Positions 24,438 to 37,207 of a stretch of 64,000 nt of DNA are shown piece by piece (the first letter of the stretch is position 1; every line of letters starts with the position of its first letter). Made by a program: the position numbers and the translations under genes. Origin of the DNA: Octopus vulgaris. Its lineage: Eukaryota. Below the pieces are notes generated by a model, which worked only from the letters and a program-made list of their open reading frames with translations, was not told where the DNA came from and did no database searches. Location of the stretch: the NCBI GenBank assembly GCA_951406725.2, contig OX597814.1:110732001-110796000 (forward strand). Direction: 5' to 3'.

Positions 24438-25372
24438 ATTTAAAGAGAAATACCTTCTGTTATTAATTTCCCACTAAGCTATCAAGTAAAACCCTTGAGT
24501 ATGATGCTACAGCATGGCCGCAGCCCATTGGCCAACATAAAAACAAAAACATCTAGATATCTAGGATGCTTTATAGAAATATTCAATCAGCCTCAGTACT
24601 TGATCGATATTTTATTTTATTGATCCTAGAATGATGAGAAGCAAAGTTGGTCTCACTGGGATTTGAAATCAAAATGTAAAGGGGTGTAATTTAATACTTC
24701 AGGCATTTCATTGGATGTTCTCTAACGATTCTGCTCATTTAGTTGAAAGGTACAACAGGTCATGTGTTTAGTGGAGGTTAGTTGATCATCAAGTATGCAA
24801 CATCTCAAGAGATGCTGGCAGCACAGCTGAACATTATTAAACCATCTTTAACAGTTATTAGAACTTATTTCATGTTAATTCATATTCCAAACACTAGCTT
24901 GATAACGAGTTATTTTACTAAATTCATCATAATTTTCAAATTCAATTAATGCAAAGGCAGTCATATTTCAACAGAAATTTGATAATGATTTTCATCATCA
25001 TCATCATCATTAACATCCTCTTTCCATGCTGGTATGGATTGGATAGTTTGACAGGAACTGGCCAGCTGAAGAGTTATCCAAGCTCCATGTCTGTTACGAT
25101 ATGGTTTCTGTGGCTGGATACTCTTTACAGTGTGTACTGGGTGCTTTTACACAGCACTGGCATGGGTATGTTCATGTGATACCCGTATGGGTGCTTTTTA
25201 CTTGGCACCAGTACCCATGAGCTTGCAAAGTTAACGATGCCCAGCTGGAGAGAGATGCAGGGGACAAGCCTGTATGCAAGGACAACCACACTTTTACTTA
25301 GCTTCATGTGCCTTTTCAAGCACAGCAAACCGTCAGGACTTTTAGCCATAGTATTACTTCTAGACTACAGAC

Positions 25373-25803
25373 CAGGCACATGCCATCAGTAATTATTCAG
25401 GGTAGGCAGTTGGTGACCTCTATGTAGTAAAACACAAAAAATAAGTAAAACACAGGCACACGACTGAGTTGAAGGCAGATTTGCTTCTGCCTTTATAGCA
25501 GGTAAAGTAAACAGTGTTGTAGGTGTATACGCAGCACATATACTACAGCAGTATTATGCGTAGCTTAAATACTGAGATTGAAAAGCAGGGGCGAATTATG
25601 CCTACCTAATCGACAAAAAAATAAAATATTTTGCATTTTATGCATAATAATCAGAGTAACCTTCATAATTTTATTGAATTAGGGGCATATTTTGCCACGT
25701 GAGGAGAATGTTGATATTGGATCTATTTTTATTCAAGGTAGGCAGTGCTTACCTCACCTACCTAGGCAGTACCTACCTTGCCTACCTAGGCAGCATGTCC
25801 CTG
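25373..25803. mobile_element. hAT-type MITE, copy 2 of the same family
   Basis: CAGGCACATGC..GCATGTCCCTG; perfect TSD CTACAGAC; colinear with 24041-24437. Confidence 0.9.
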
Positions 25804-26088
25804 CTACAGACTTAGCTTAAATTTTTCATTTTTGTATCATATTCCATGGATTTCTTTTACATCATCTTTTTAAATAGAATGAATGTGGGTTTTTCCCTGT
25901 GGTTTTATACTCTAGTATCTCTTCATAGTTATTGGCTGAAATGTTATTTCCTTATTCAGGATGTACCTTACTTTGATGAGCTTCCTTTCTGCCAACCACC
26001 CCCTACTGACATAATCTACATTGTGTGTAAGATCCAATTTCTGTGAATGTCAAACTAAACAATTGTCGAATCAGTGAAATATGCGTAA

Positions 26089-26307
26089 CTCTTTAGCATT
26101 TAAACTACCTATATGCAGATGAAATATTTTACCTGTTTTATGTTCAATTTAGGACAGATCTAATCTCTCACACCTACGCTACAATGTCATTCTACAAATA
26201 AACAATCACATCATTAAAATCTCAAAGCTATGAGATAATACATGATTAATTCAAAAGTGTGATTAAATAAGCATTACATTTGACAAAGTAATTGGAATGC
26301 TAAAAGG
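26089..26307. mobile_element. piggyBac-like MITE (family 2)
   Basis: CTCTTTAGCATT..AATGCTAAAAGG-TTAA; reverse complement of 60797-61013. Confidence 0.75.
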
Positions 26308-26849
26308 TTAATAATTGAAAGAAAAGAAAATAGGAAAATGAAAAACATAAGAATAATCATTTTAGTGTCCAAGCAATCATTAGTACATCCTGGTTAAGAA
26401 AATAAATTGTATCCCTCTGCATTCCCAAGATTTACAGGATGCACACATTTGAGCCAATAAAAATTAGAAATATTTTGTCTGTACATTAAATTATCATGGC
26501 TAAAATAATATGATTGAGTGTCCGGTTGTCATAGGTCAATAGATATGAAAGTAAGGTAAGAGACTTCACTTCCAACTTCGCAAAACTATTTGACCCATAA
26601 CTAAGAGAAGCTATTGGTGTGTTGAGTTTATTCAGATAATGTCCATTTTTCTATGCTTGCATGGGTTGGACAGGAACTATTTGAGGTAGGATTTTATAGC
26701 TGAATGGTCTTCCTGCTGCCAGCATGACCAGTTTTGCAAGTAAAAGATGTTTTTTTTATTCTACAGGTGTTTTGGAATCGCAGATAACAGATTGTGATGT
26801 GTATGAATGCATGCACACATACACACACTTGGCTGACTTTCATACAGGT

Positions 26850-27135
26850 TCATCATCATCATCATCATCGTTTAACGTCTGCTTTCTGTGCAGGCATGGG
26901 TTGGATGGTTTGACTGAAAACTGGTAAGGCAGGGAGCTGCACCAGGTTCCAATCTGATTCGGCAGGGTTTCTATGGCTGGGTGCTCTTCCTGATGCCAAC
27001 CATTCCAAGAGTGTAGTGGGTGCTTTTTAATGTGCCACCGGCATGGGTGCCATTGATGTGACACTGGCATTAGCCATGACTGCAATCTCACTTGGCAGGT
27101 CTACACAAGTATGGTATATCACTAAAGACCTTGAT
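26850..27135 (-). mobile_element. RTE 3'UTR fragment (family C)
   Basis: (CAT)n plus family C motifs. Confidence 0.8.
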
Positions 27136-27981
27136 CACCTGTTACTGCATTGGTTGGCTCAGGGCTATAGAAGATGCTGTGCTGTGGGACTGAACCTGAA
27201 ACTATGTGGTTGTGAAATAAGCTTCTTAACCATAATGCTATACTTCTAGTTTGAGTAACATTCAGTTTAAAAAGAACACTGATGTAAGAGGGATCCTATG
27301 AATATTTGATTAGAAATAATATTTAAGCTGTTAATCAATCATAAGAGACTTAGTTTTTTTTTTTTTTTTTTTTTTTGCAATGCTATAAAAAGATCTTACG
27401 GCAAAGAATGATTTTCAACAAAACTATCATTATTATAATTGGCCAGGCAGTTCTAATATAAATTAATCTATTAATTGGAAGGACTGTGGAGAACTGGAAA
27501 TGGTTAAGTAGAAGCTTAAATGTCTTAGAATGTATATATTTTATCTTTTACTTGTTTCAGGCACCACCTTGAATGGTTTACTCGAAATAATTGACCCCAG
27601 GGCTTATTTTTAAAATCTGTGTGCTTATTTTGCAGGCCTCTTTTGCCTCACTGCTAGTTTATGATGACATAAACCATCAACTGTTGTCAAGCGGTTGTGG
27701 AGGACACACATTCATACACACACATGCACATACATATATACGACAGTTTCCGTCTACCAAATCCACTCACATGATTTTGGTCAGCCCAGGGCTATAATAG
27801 AAGATACTTGACCAAGGTGCCACACAGTGGATCTGAACCTAAGACAACATTGTTTGCTTTTGGCTGAAGACTTGGCTGTATGGTGAAGATGTTCATTTCA
27901 CAACCCTTGTAGTTCCTAGGTTGAGTCTACTGAACTACATGTCATGTATCATAGTCATCATCGCCATCACCAGTATAGTCA

Positions 27982-28525
27982 AATTATGATGAAAGTAAAC
28001 AAAGTTTGCTTTAGGAGCGTTGAGATATATGGAAAGATACAGAAATAGTTAATTCTCAAACACAGAATAATGCTAACAGAATAGCAGGAACAGGATAAAA
28101 ATTTGCTAGCAGCCAACCATGAAATTTGAACTCACATCCCTGTGATTACATTAGAGTGCTTTACTGTTAAGTTAAACTGCCCTCTGACAAATTGATCTGC
28201 AATCTTTGAGCTTATAAGACACTGATGTTAAATTCAAATTACGATGAAAGTAAACAAAGTTTGCTTTAGAAGCATTGAGATGTATTCAAAGATACAGAAA
28301 TAATTGATTTTCAAAATGCAGAATAATGCTAACAGAACAGCAGGAACAGGACGAAATATCCACATTATTGCAGAAAAATGCACTACAACTGGTAATTACA
28401 GGGATGTGAGTTTGAGTCCCTTGGCTGGCAAATTTTTCTGCAAAAATATGGATATTTTATCCTGTTCCTGCTATTCTGTTAGCCTTATTTTGCGTTTGAG
28501 AATTAATTATTTCTGTATCTATCAA
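27982..28525. mobile_element. ~1.5 tandem 255-bp units plus an inverted partial copy, containing a tRNA-like module
   Basis: Direct repeat starts at 27979 and 28234; tRNA-like sequence on the minus strand 28112-28181; inverted copy 28380-28525; flanking TATAGTCA at 27974-27981 and 28526-28533. Confidence 0.75.
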
Positions 28526-28884
28526 TATAGTCATTTTAATGTCTATCTATCCATGCTTTCATGGGTCTGGCAAAAAATTCATTGAGGCAGTGTTTCTATG
28601 GCTGAATGCACTTGCTGGTCTCAACTGTCATTTTTTCCAAACTAATTCATGTTTTCCCTTGTCATTTGAACATGACCAGTGCAGTGGGCAGACATGTTTT
28701 CCCAGAATATTGTAAATGAATGACACCACTTGTATGACAGGGATGTCTGTTTACATGTAATGTACGTTGTCAAGACAAGATGTACACATATGCACACTGA
28801 CACATACACACACTTTTTCTCTCATGCACAAGTATACACATACATACAAATGTATACACATATGTACACACACACACACATATA

Positions 28885-29177
28885 TATCATGTAATCACAT
28901 TATCAACCAGACTATTGGTTGTTATACATCACTGGTCACAATGCACTTTGCATCATGTTAGCTTTGATATGATGCCACCTTGCTGGCTAAGTGAGGAGGC
29001 CAATGTTCCTCTTGATCAGAGGGCTATTCCATCACAGGGTGTCCTATTTACGGCTGAGTGTACTACAGCAATATAAAATGACGTGTTTCACTCAAGAACT
29101 CAACACAGCAAATCTGGGGATCGAAACCACGATTTCACCATTGTGAGTGCAATACACATAAGCACTAGGTCACACAC
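28885..29177 (-). mobile_element. tRNA-derived SINE, family D-related
   Basis: Minus strand TGACCTAGTG..GGTTTCGATCCC..GTGTTGAGTTCTTGAG..CACTCAGCCGTAAAT. Confidence 0.6.
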
Positions 29178-29206
29178 ATAATAAATATACACATACATAG
29201 TATATA

Positions 29207-29367
29207 TAAGTGCAGGCGTAGCTGTGTGGTAAGAAGCATGCTTCTCAACCACATGGTTCCGGGTTCAGTCCTCACTGCGTGGCACCTTGGGCAAGTGTCT
29301 TCTGCTATAGCCTCGGGTCAACCAAAGCCTTGTGAGTGGATTTGGTAGACGAAAACTGGAAGAAGCT

Positions 29368-29402
<35 letters not shown>

Positions 29403-29612
29403 GTGTCTGTGTTTGTTCCCCTGCCATCACTTGACAACCGATGCTGGTGTGTTTATGTCCCTGTAACTTAGTGGTTCGGCAAAAGAGACTGATAGAATAA
29501 GTACTAGGCTTACAAAGAAGTCCTGGCGTCGATTTCTTCAACTAACACCCTTTAAGGCAGTGCTCCAGAATGGCTGTGGTCAAATGAGTGAAACAAGTAA
29601 AAGAATAAAAAA
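29207..29612 (+). mobile_element. SINE family A
   Basis: Full head, core, (TA)n and tail. Confidence 0.9.
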
Positions 29613-30342
29613 TATATACACACATAAATGCACATGCATAATACATGCACATGCATAATACATGCACATTGCACTTGTACACAATGAGCTTCTTTCAGTT
29701 TCCATCTACCAAATCACACTCACAAGGCTTTGGTAAGCCTGGGGCTACAGCTGAAGACACTTGCATGAGGTGCCATGCAGTGGGATTGAACCTGAAACAT
29801 GTGGTTCCAAAGCAAACTTCTTTACATCACAGTCATGTCTGTGTCATGTATCTATTAAATTAAAAACAAAATCAGAAAAATGCCAAAACCAAATCTTGTT
29901 CTCTGTTGATGTCCCTTAAGGCATTTGTTCTACTTTGAGTTCCAGACACTTTGTGAAAAACACTGCAACCCTTTGATTGCCTCATGGGAGCAATCTAACA
30001 AATGTTATTGTTCAATGGTGATATAAATAAATAAACCTCTGTTGACGACTCTTTTATGCCTCTTGGATCTATAAAAATACCAATGGTGTTGGTTCAATTG
30101 ATTTTACAGCTCGTCTCGGGGTGTATGGCGTTGTGCCAATCTCAGAAATCAGTATTTGTCTAATTGTAAACATTTCCATATATGAGACGCATTAAGAAAT
30201 AGATTGGAGCAAGGATGATGATGGTGGTGGTGGTTACCAATCATTGATAATTTTCCATGTCATTGAGCAAATAAGATTTATGGGAATTAGAGGTGTTCAT
30301 CAGTGTAATAAAAGAGTAAAGATTACATTGATCTGAAATATA

Positions 30343-30565
30343 TTGTTGTTTAACCCCAAGCCGGCCATGACTGAACAGATTTATGATCAAAGAAATTCCA
30401 GCCATGACCTTGCCTGTCTATTTTTCAGACATTGTGTATCAAGGACTATATTTTCCAATATGACCTTCATGTTCCTTTTTTTTTTAAAGTTAGTGGGATG
30501 TGCTTTGAGGGAGACTTGACTGTTATTTCTAGTACTCCAGTGATCTCAGAGATGCTTCCTGGTTG
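30343..30565 (-). mobile_element. family F repeat
   Basis: TTGTTGTTTAACCCC..TATGATCAAAG..CTGTTATTTCTAG. Confidence 0.6.
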
Positions 30566-32155
30566 ATTTCTGGGTGTGTTAGGTAAAAAAATGTTGTTAG
30601 CAGGTAGGGCAGAAAGATTAGCAGAAACTCAAAATAGAGCTGCTGCAACCAGATCAGATTTTTATGAATGGTAGGCCTCACAGGATGAAATTTAGGATTG
30701 GAAAGATAAATAAAGGTTGCTATGTTGACCTCCCAGAGCCTGTAAGTATGAGAAAAGCGGATGTTGAGCTGGTGATAATGTCAGGTTTTTTTAAAGTACC
30801 TAATACAGTTTTTTTTTGTTTTGTTTTTTACATACTCGCAGTGACTAACATCAGCTTGCTGGGTAAAATTACTAAGAATTATTTGGAAATTTTATCTCTG
30901 TCAGTTCTTAGTGAAACTTTCTGATGTAAAACTTATTGAAAATTTTATAATAAGGTTTTATTTACACCATGATAGAAATAATAAAAAAAAATATTAAATA
31001 TTTCTTTTAAGGATTTTGTATCCAGGAATTATGAGAGGAATTCAGCTAGTACATTAACCTGGGCTCGAATTGCCAAGGAGTGGCATTTGACTATCAATGG
31101 GGGGGTCTCATCTTAAAAAAAGAAACCCCTCATGGGGCCCCAAAAGAGTCTTATTATACCTTGCTAATTTTTTCTTTGAAGCCTTGCATGTATTCACCCC
31201 TCTGTTACTAACTAAATGTAACTTTTTTTTATGTAAAGACCACCTTAAAGAAAGAAAATTCTTTAGAGCTATATTTTAGTCATCCATGTGTAAAGAGGAA
31301 TCACATATTTAGTAATTATGTGGCAATATAGCTTTAGTATTACTAAATATATGTTGTAAAGAGGAAGGAAGCTTCTTAAGTCTCTGCTCTTAAGCTCTGA
31401 GACATCATCAAAAGGAGGAATGCTCATTGGGAGAAGACAAAGACTTCTGTTATATTGTGTTGGCAATCCTGTTTTTCTATAGGCTTCTTTTAAATTGCTA
31501 AAGATATAATGTCTGGGTATTGAACCATTTATATGAACCATCTGAAATAACACACGCACACACACAAGGAAACAGCAAGTACTAAAATTAGGTTTTTTCG
31601 AATGCCTGCTCAAAATATCGTTGAACTATTTTAACATTATTTAAAAATACAAACTGGTCAATGCAGCTGTGGCTTTGATTTCAGATTAGTATTGAAAGTA
31701 TTTCAATAGATACAGAAAAACATTTCAGCTTTCCCATATGGTCTTACTCTAGTTAACATTGTATTGTTAGAGGCAGATATTTTTTTTTATGGCAAAAAGT
31801 TATAATTTTAGGTAAATTTCTAAGAAATTAACTCATGCTTCACCAATTCTGTGAGTGTGCAATTTCATTGTTGTAGTTATTCTTTTTTTTTTCCATGTCA
31901 TACTTATGCATCATACACCCACGGATGTGTATGTTATGTAGTATGTATATGTGTCATTTAACACCCATTTTCCATGTTGTCATGAGTGTGTGTGTGTTTT
32001 GTCTATCTGTGTCTTTTGCTCTCTCTCTCTGTATGTGTGTGTGTGTGTGTGTGTGTGTATTTATATATATATATATATATATATAATGCTTGGTGATGCA
32101 AACAGGAAAATGGAGCTCAAGACATGAGTGTATCTTTTATTAATAATCTGTTGAA

Positions 32156-32238
32156 GTTAGTGACTCAAGAGCCAAGAGTTTCATGCGTTGGCACTTTTCA
32201 GACACTTGAAACTCTTGGTCCTTCAGTCACTTTATAAC
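32156..32238 (-). ncRNA. degenerate hammerhead-like motif with a short foldback
   Basis: Minus strand CTGAAAA-GTGC-caac-GCAT-GAAA-CTC..GAG-TC (G8 changed to A, stem I only 2 bp); inverted arm 32206-32238; lies between (TA)n and (TG)n. Confidence 0.4.
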
Positions 32239-32261
32239 TTTTTGTGTGTGTATCTGTGTGA

Positions 32262-32572
32262 TCATCATTGTTGTTTAACGTGTGCTTTCCATGCTGACAT
32301 GGGTTGTACAGTTTGATTGAGAACTGGCAAGCCAGGAGGCTGCACCAGGCTCCAATCTGATTTGGCAAGGTTTCTACAGCTGGATGCCCTTTCTAATACC
32401 AACCACTCCAAGAGTGTAGTGGGTGCCTTTTACGTGCCACTGGCACAGGTGCCAGTCAGGCGGCACTGGCATCGGCCATGCTCGAATGGTGCTTTTTATG
32501 TGCCACCAGCACAGGTGCCAGTCAGGCAGCAGTGGCATCAGCCACGCTCAAATGGTGCTTTTTACGTGGCAC
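32262..32572 (-). mobile_element. RTE 3'UTR fragment (family C) with tandem units
   Basis: Family C motifs. Confidence 0.85.
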
Positions 32573-32949
32573 ACACACCAAAACTACATCACAATCTGCA
32601 TTACAATTTAGTGTATATAGCACATCTAAGCTACATCACAAAGACTAAGGTTCCACTCCAAGGATGGAATAAACTTCAGCCTCGATCAGCTGTTGACCTA
32701 CAAAATTAATGTACAGTTTACAGTGTGAAAATTGTTCACACATCTTGGGTGGTGCATTTGTTACTGTACATATAAATGTTCTAAACCATATCCAAAAACA
32801 GAAAGCTGTTTGGCTGCCTATTCACTCAGTAACACAACTACAACCACTTTCTACAGCTACAGACAGGTTCCTTCTTTCTGTTGTGTTGTTAGCACAACCG
32901 TGTTTTCTCTTTTGAATTAACTCACTGAAAGCCTTTCTAGCTGAACTCA

Positions 32950-33194
32950 CTTCATCATCCTTTAATGTCCAGTTTTCGATGCTTGCATGGGTCAGATAGG
33001 ATTTATTGAGTCAGATTTTCTGTAGCCAAATGACCTTCCTCTCATGAGCCTTCACCTGTTTCCATGTAAGGTACTAACTTCCCCATGGCCAGATATGATT
33101 TTTATGAAGACTGGATACAACATCATATTGTATGAATGATAGTGATGCTTGTTTATAGCTGTCATGTGTTGTCAAGACAAGAGTGTGTGTATGT

Positions 33195-33234
<40 letters not shown>

Positions 33235-33419
33235 TTGAAATTTATTGAAAAATCTAAGACGAAGAAGACAGGTGTATGAACAACAAGCAAGTATATTTGT
33301 TTGATGTTTGGGAAAAATGAAAGACTTTTATGTTTCAAGCTTATGCTCTTCAACAGAAAATAAGAGAAAATAAACAGAGAAAATGAAAAAAAAATTTGTA
33401 GTTTTCAGCAGTCATCCAG

Positions 33420-33472
<53 letters not shown>

Positions 33473-33637
33473 CTAGGTTCTTTCAGTTTCCTTCCTCAAA
33501 ATTGACTCATAAGGCTTTGGTCACTCAGGGCTCTAGCAGAAGAAACTTGCTTAATATGTTGTGCAGTGGGATTGAACCCAAGTTCAAGTGGTTTGAAAGC
33601 AAGTTTCTCAAATATGCATCACACCTATGCCTGCGCC
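32950..33637 (-). mobile_element. SINE family E split at its (CA)n by a ~190-bp insert
   Basis: E tail ~32950-33190, A-type head ~33470-33637, insert ~33231-33422 between (CA)n tracts. Confidence 0.65.
33325..33360 (-). ncRNA. minimal hammerhead-like motif (core variant)
   Basis: Minus strand TTTT-CTGTTGA-A-GAGC-ataa-GCTT-GAAA-ca-TA-AAAG; A6 replaced by U. Confidence 0.5.
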
Positions 33638-34235
33638 TACTTATTACACTTATTTCTATTTTCTATCATCCTCATTTTGACTCTCAAATAGATTTTACAG
33701 TAAAAAAAATTACCCAATCAGTTTTTCAGAGAACTACAATTTTCAGGAAGTTCCTTATTGCTTGGTGTTTTTTTTTAAATATCTTTTTTTTTTTTGGTCT
33801 TATTGTGGTTGTGACATAGAATAGTTTGACCTAAATGTTAATCACATGGCTCTCATTAGTCTTGGTGGGGTCTGAAAATGTCATGCACATTGCCTCCTCC
33901 ACTTCTAATTAACTAATTATAAAACTAACAATTATATGTCCAGGAACCTACAGCCACCTTAACACATTCCAGAACATTACACCCCACTCCTGGAAAAAAC
34001 CCTCGTGTTATATCAACTGATCCAGATAAACACAAAAGCATGAAATATAACAGTAACCACGTTACTCATAGTCAACCACGTTAGTCATAGTCTTGCACTC
34101 CTTAAAATACTATTTTTATTATCTTCCTAGGGTTTGCAAAATGGCAAAAAAAAAAAAGTTCTGGCTTCTGAGATTTGAAAGATTTCAGTTAATTAAATTT
34201 AAAGTTTATTAAATTAAAGTGGAACATAAATTCTT

Positions 34236-34594
34236 GGTTCCGGGTTCAGTCCCACTGCGTGGCACCTTGGGCAAGTGTCTTCTACTATAACCTCGGGCCG
34301 ACCAAAGATCAAAGCCTTGTGAGTGGATTCGGTAGATGGAAACTGAAAGAAGCCCGTCGTATATATGTATATGTATATATATGTGTGTTTGTGTGTCTGT
34401 TTGTCCCCCCCCCCCAACATCGCTTGACAACCGATGCTGGTGTGTTTATGTCCTCGTAACTTAGCAGTTCGGCAAAAGAGACCGATAGAATAAGTACTAA
34501 GCTTACAAAGAATAAGTCCTGGGGTCAATTTGCTTGACTAAACGCAGTGCTCCAGCATGGCTGCAGTCAAAATGACTGAAACAAGTAAAAGAAT
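34236..34594 (+). mobile_element. SINE family A, 5'-truncated young copy
   Basis: GGTTCCGGGTTCAGTCCC through GAAACAAGTAAAAGA. Confidence 0.9.
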
Positions 34595-35204
34595 GTTAAT
34601 TTTTATTTAATGCCATCATTATTTATCATCAGCTTTTCCTGTGCTATTGTCATGTAAAAAGCGTTCATGTTGGTGCCGCATAAAAGGCACCTGCCAGTTC
34701 CACGTAAAGGGCACTCATGCTGGTATCATGTAAGGAGCACCAAGTACACTCTAAAGTAGTTGGCATTAGGAAGGGCATCCAGCTGTAGAAACCATGTCAA
34801 AACAAACAAACAAAGCCAGTTGGACATGGGTCAATGTGATTGGCTTGCCTCATCCTCCCAAATATTGGGCCTTGTGCCTATAGTAGAAAGGATTTCTAAT
34901 ACACATTAGATAATGTAGTCTTTGATTTTCCCAGCAAAACCATGGGATGTTCAGGATGGCTGGAACGCTTTTGGTACGTAAAATCTTCTTGATCAGAGCT
35001 GATTTGGGGTTAGACAACATCATCAGTGATGATAGAATAACAGGTATTTTGGCAGAAAAGGCCATAATTTGTGGAGGAAAGATTAAAATTTTGGGACATG
35101 TGGTTGGTTCTCTTATTTACTTTTATGTGTTAATGTGATGTGAAAATTTTAGGTTTTCTTTCAGAATTAATCAGCTAAAAAAATAGGTGCAGATATGTTT
35201 ATAG

Positions 35205-35570
35205 ATGGCTTTGTGGTTAAGAAGCTTATGTCCCAACTATGCCACTGTGTGGCATCTTGGGCAAGTGTCTTTTACGAAAGCCCTGGTCTTGTGAGTGGAT
35301 TTGGAAAATGGAAACTGAAAGAAGCCCACTATATATGTGTGTACCTTTGTCTTGACATCATGTGATGATTGTAAACAAGCATCACCATCATACACGTGAT
35401 GTTCTTTGTTTCTAGTCTTCCATGGAAAACATGACTGACAATGAGACAATATTACCTTACTTGGAAACAAATGAGGAATGGCATCCTGCAGTCGAAAATC
35501 TGCCTCAACAAATCGCATCTGACCCATGCAAGCAGTGAAAAGTGGACATTAAAGGATAGTGATGCTGATG
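35205..35570 (+). mobile_element. SINE family E, near full length
   Basis: A-type head and core to GAAAGAAGCCC, then a different body ending GGCATCC..AAAATCTGCCTCAAC..GACCCATGCAAGC..GGACATTAAA..GATG. Confidence 0.75.
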
Positions 35571-37207
35571 TTATTTAATATTTGATAATAGGCTTCAATG
35601 GAATTTACGCATCCTGCCATAACAAAACCTTTTAATTTGGTCTTTAAAATGTTTTTAATTTTATTATGGAAGAATAAAACACTGAGGTTTGAATTTTGTC
35701 TCTCGACACATTGGAAACCTTTTAGTTTTCTTTTAAAATTAGTCGGCTAGATAAAATAAAGTTATTGCATTGAAACTAAAGATTGTTTTTTAATTTGAAA
35801 AATGTATATAATGTTTTGAGAATAACAGACTGTTATTATAGGTTATTGCTATAATTTATATCTCTTTCTGTTTTAATTCAATTTTATATTTTTTTAATCA
35901 ATTTAGTTTTTCACTTTAAAAAGACAAATTGCCAAAATTGCTTTTATATATTTATGCATAACTTCAATTGCTTACCAAAAAAGTTATTACTGCAATAATG
36001 ATTAAAAATTATCTTTTAGAAATACTTTCATTATTTATGGAAAAAAAAAGTAAATTCATAATTTAGCTTTAATCAGATAATCATCGAACTGAAATGTTTT
36101 ATCAAGAAGCTTGTCTTTACTTGTCCAGTCTGAAGAGATTTCTGAAACGAGCTTCTAGTGTGATGGTCTTTTTTTTCTTCTTTTTGTGTGAGATATTTAC
36201 AGTTTAATTCATTAAACAGATGACATGCCAAAAATATTTCGCAACTGGTATTGTCAATATTATGATGATTATCACGAAGATGGTTGAGCTGACAGAAAAA
36301 ATATTCTGTAACATTTCCTCCAACTCTGTATGACCTGAGTTTAAATTCCACTGAGGTCAACTTTGTTTTTTAATTTTTTTTTTTGGGGGGGGAGATCGAA
36401 GTATTGGAGTTGATACTGATTTGCCTCTCTTCCAAAATTGCTGGCCTTGTGCCAAAATGAGAATTATGATAGCAAGCTGGACAAAATACTTAGTGGCATT
36501 TCTTTTGATTCTTTACATTCTGTGTTCAAATTCCACTGAGGTTGGTTGGTCCTCAATCTTTTGAAAAGGGGCAGGGGTGTCAATAAAATAACATGGTGTT
36601 GGGGTGGGGTATGTAATTGACTAAGCCTCTCCCCTTATAATTACTTGTCTTCTGCCAGAATTATTATGATTATCATGGCATACTCTTCTTTCTTTCTTTA
36701 CCCTTTTACTTGTGTCTGTCACTAGACTGATAGGGCACCGCCTTGAAGAATGTTTGGTCAAATAAATCGACCACTTTTTTTAAAGACTGGTGCTTATTCT
36801 GTTGATCCCTTTGGCCGAACTGCTAAGTTATGGGGACTTCAATGTTATATGCCATTTCTGATGCTGACTGTATTTTGAAACAAAGCAGATCTTCACTATT
36901 CACTCACTGCACTAGAAATTCAAATTCTTTTCAGTTGTTTATCATAATTCTTAGACACCCATTCTCAAAGAAAACTACTTTGTTGGCATGGAATTGTAAA
37001 GGTGACATCTGCTTCACTTATAAGCAAGATTTGTATCAATGAAAACATCTGTTTGTTAAACTTGACATTCTATAAAGATCTATATTAGATCATTTTAAGT
37101 TAAGTAAAAATGGTGGTGATGGGGGTGGGGGAGGTTGTCTTGTCAATTCTACTTTGTTTTGGTTTTAGTTTTACAGAAAATATGTGTAGTTGCACAGAGA
37201 ATATGAG

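Noticed and set aside
28112-28181. tRNA gene
   Set aside because: Acceptor and anticodon stems are broken and it sits inside a repeat unit; treated as a tRNA-derived module
32317-32709. ORFs with FLQLDALPNANHSESVVGAF
   Set aside because: Antisense translation of the RTE 3'UTR (family C)
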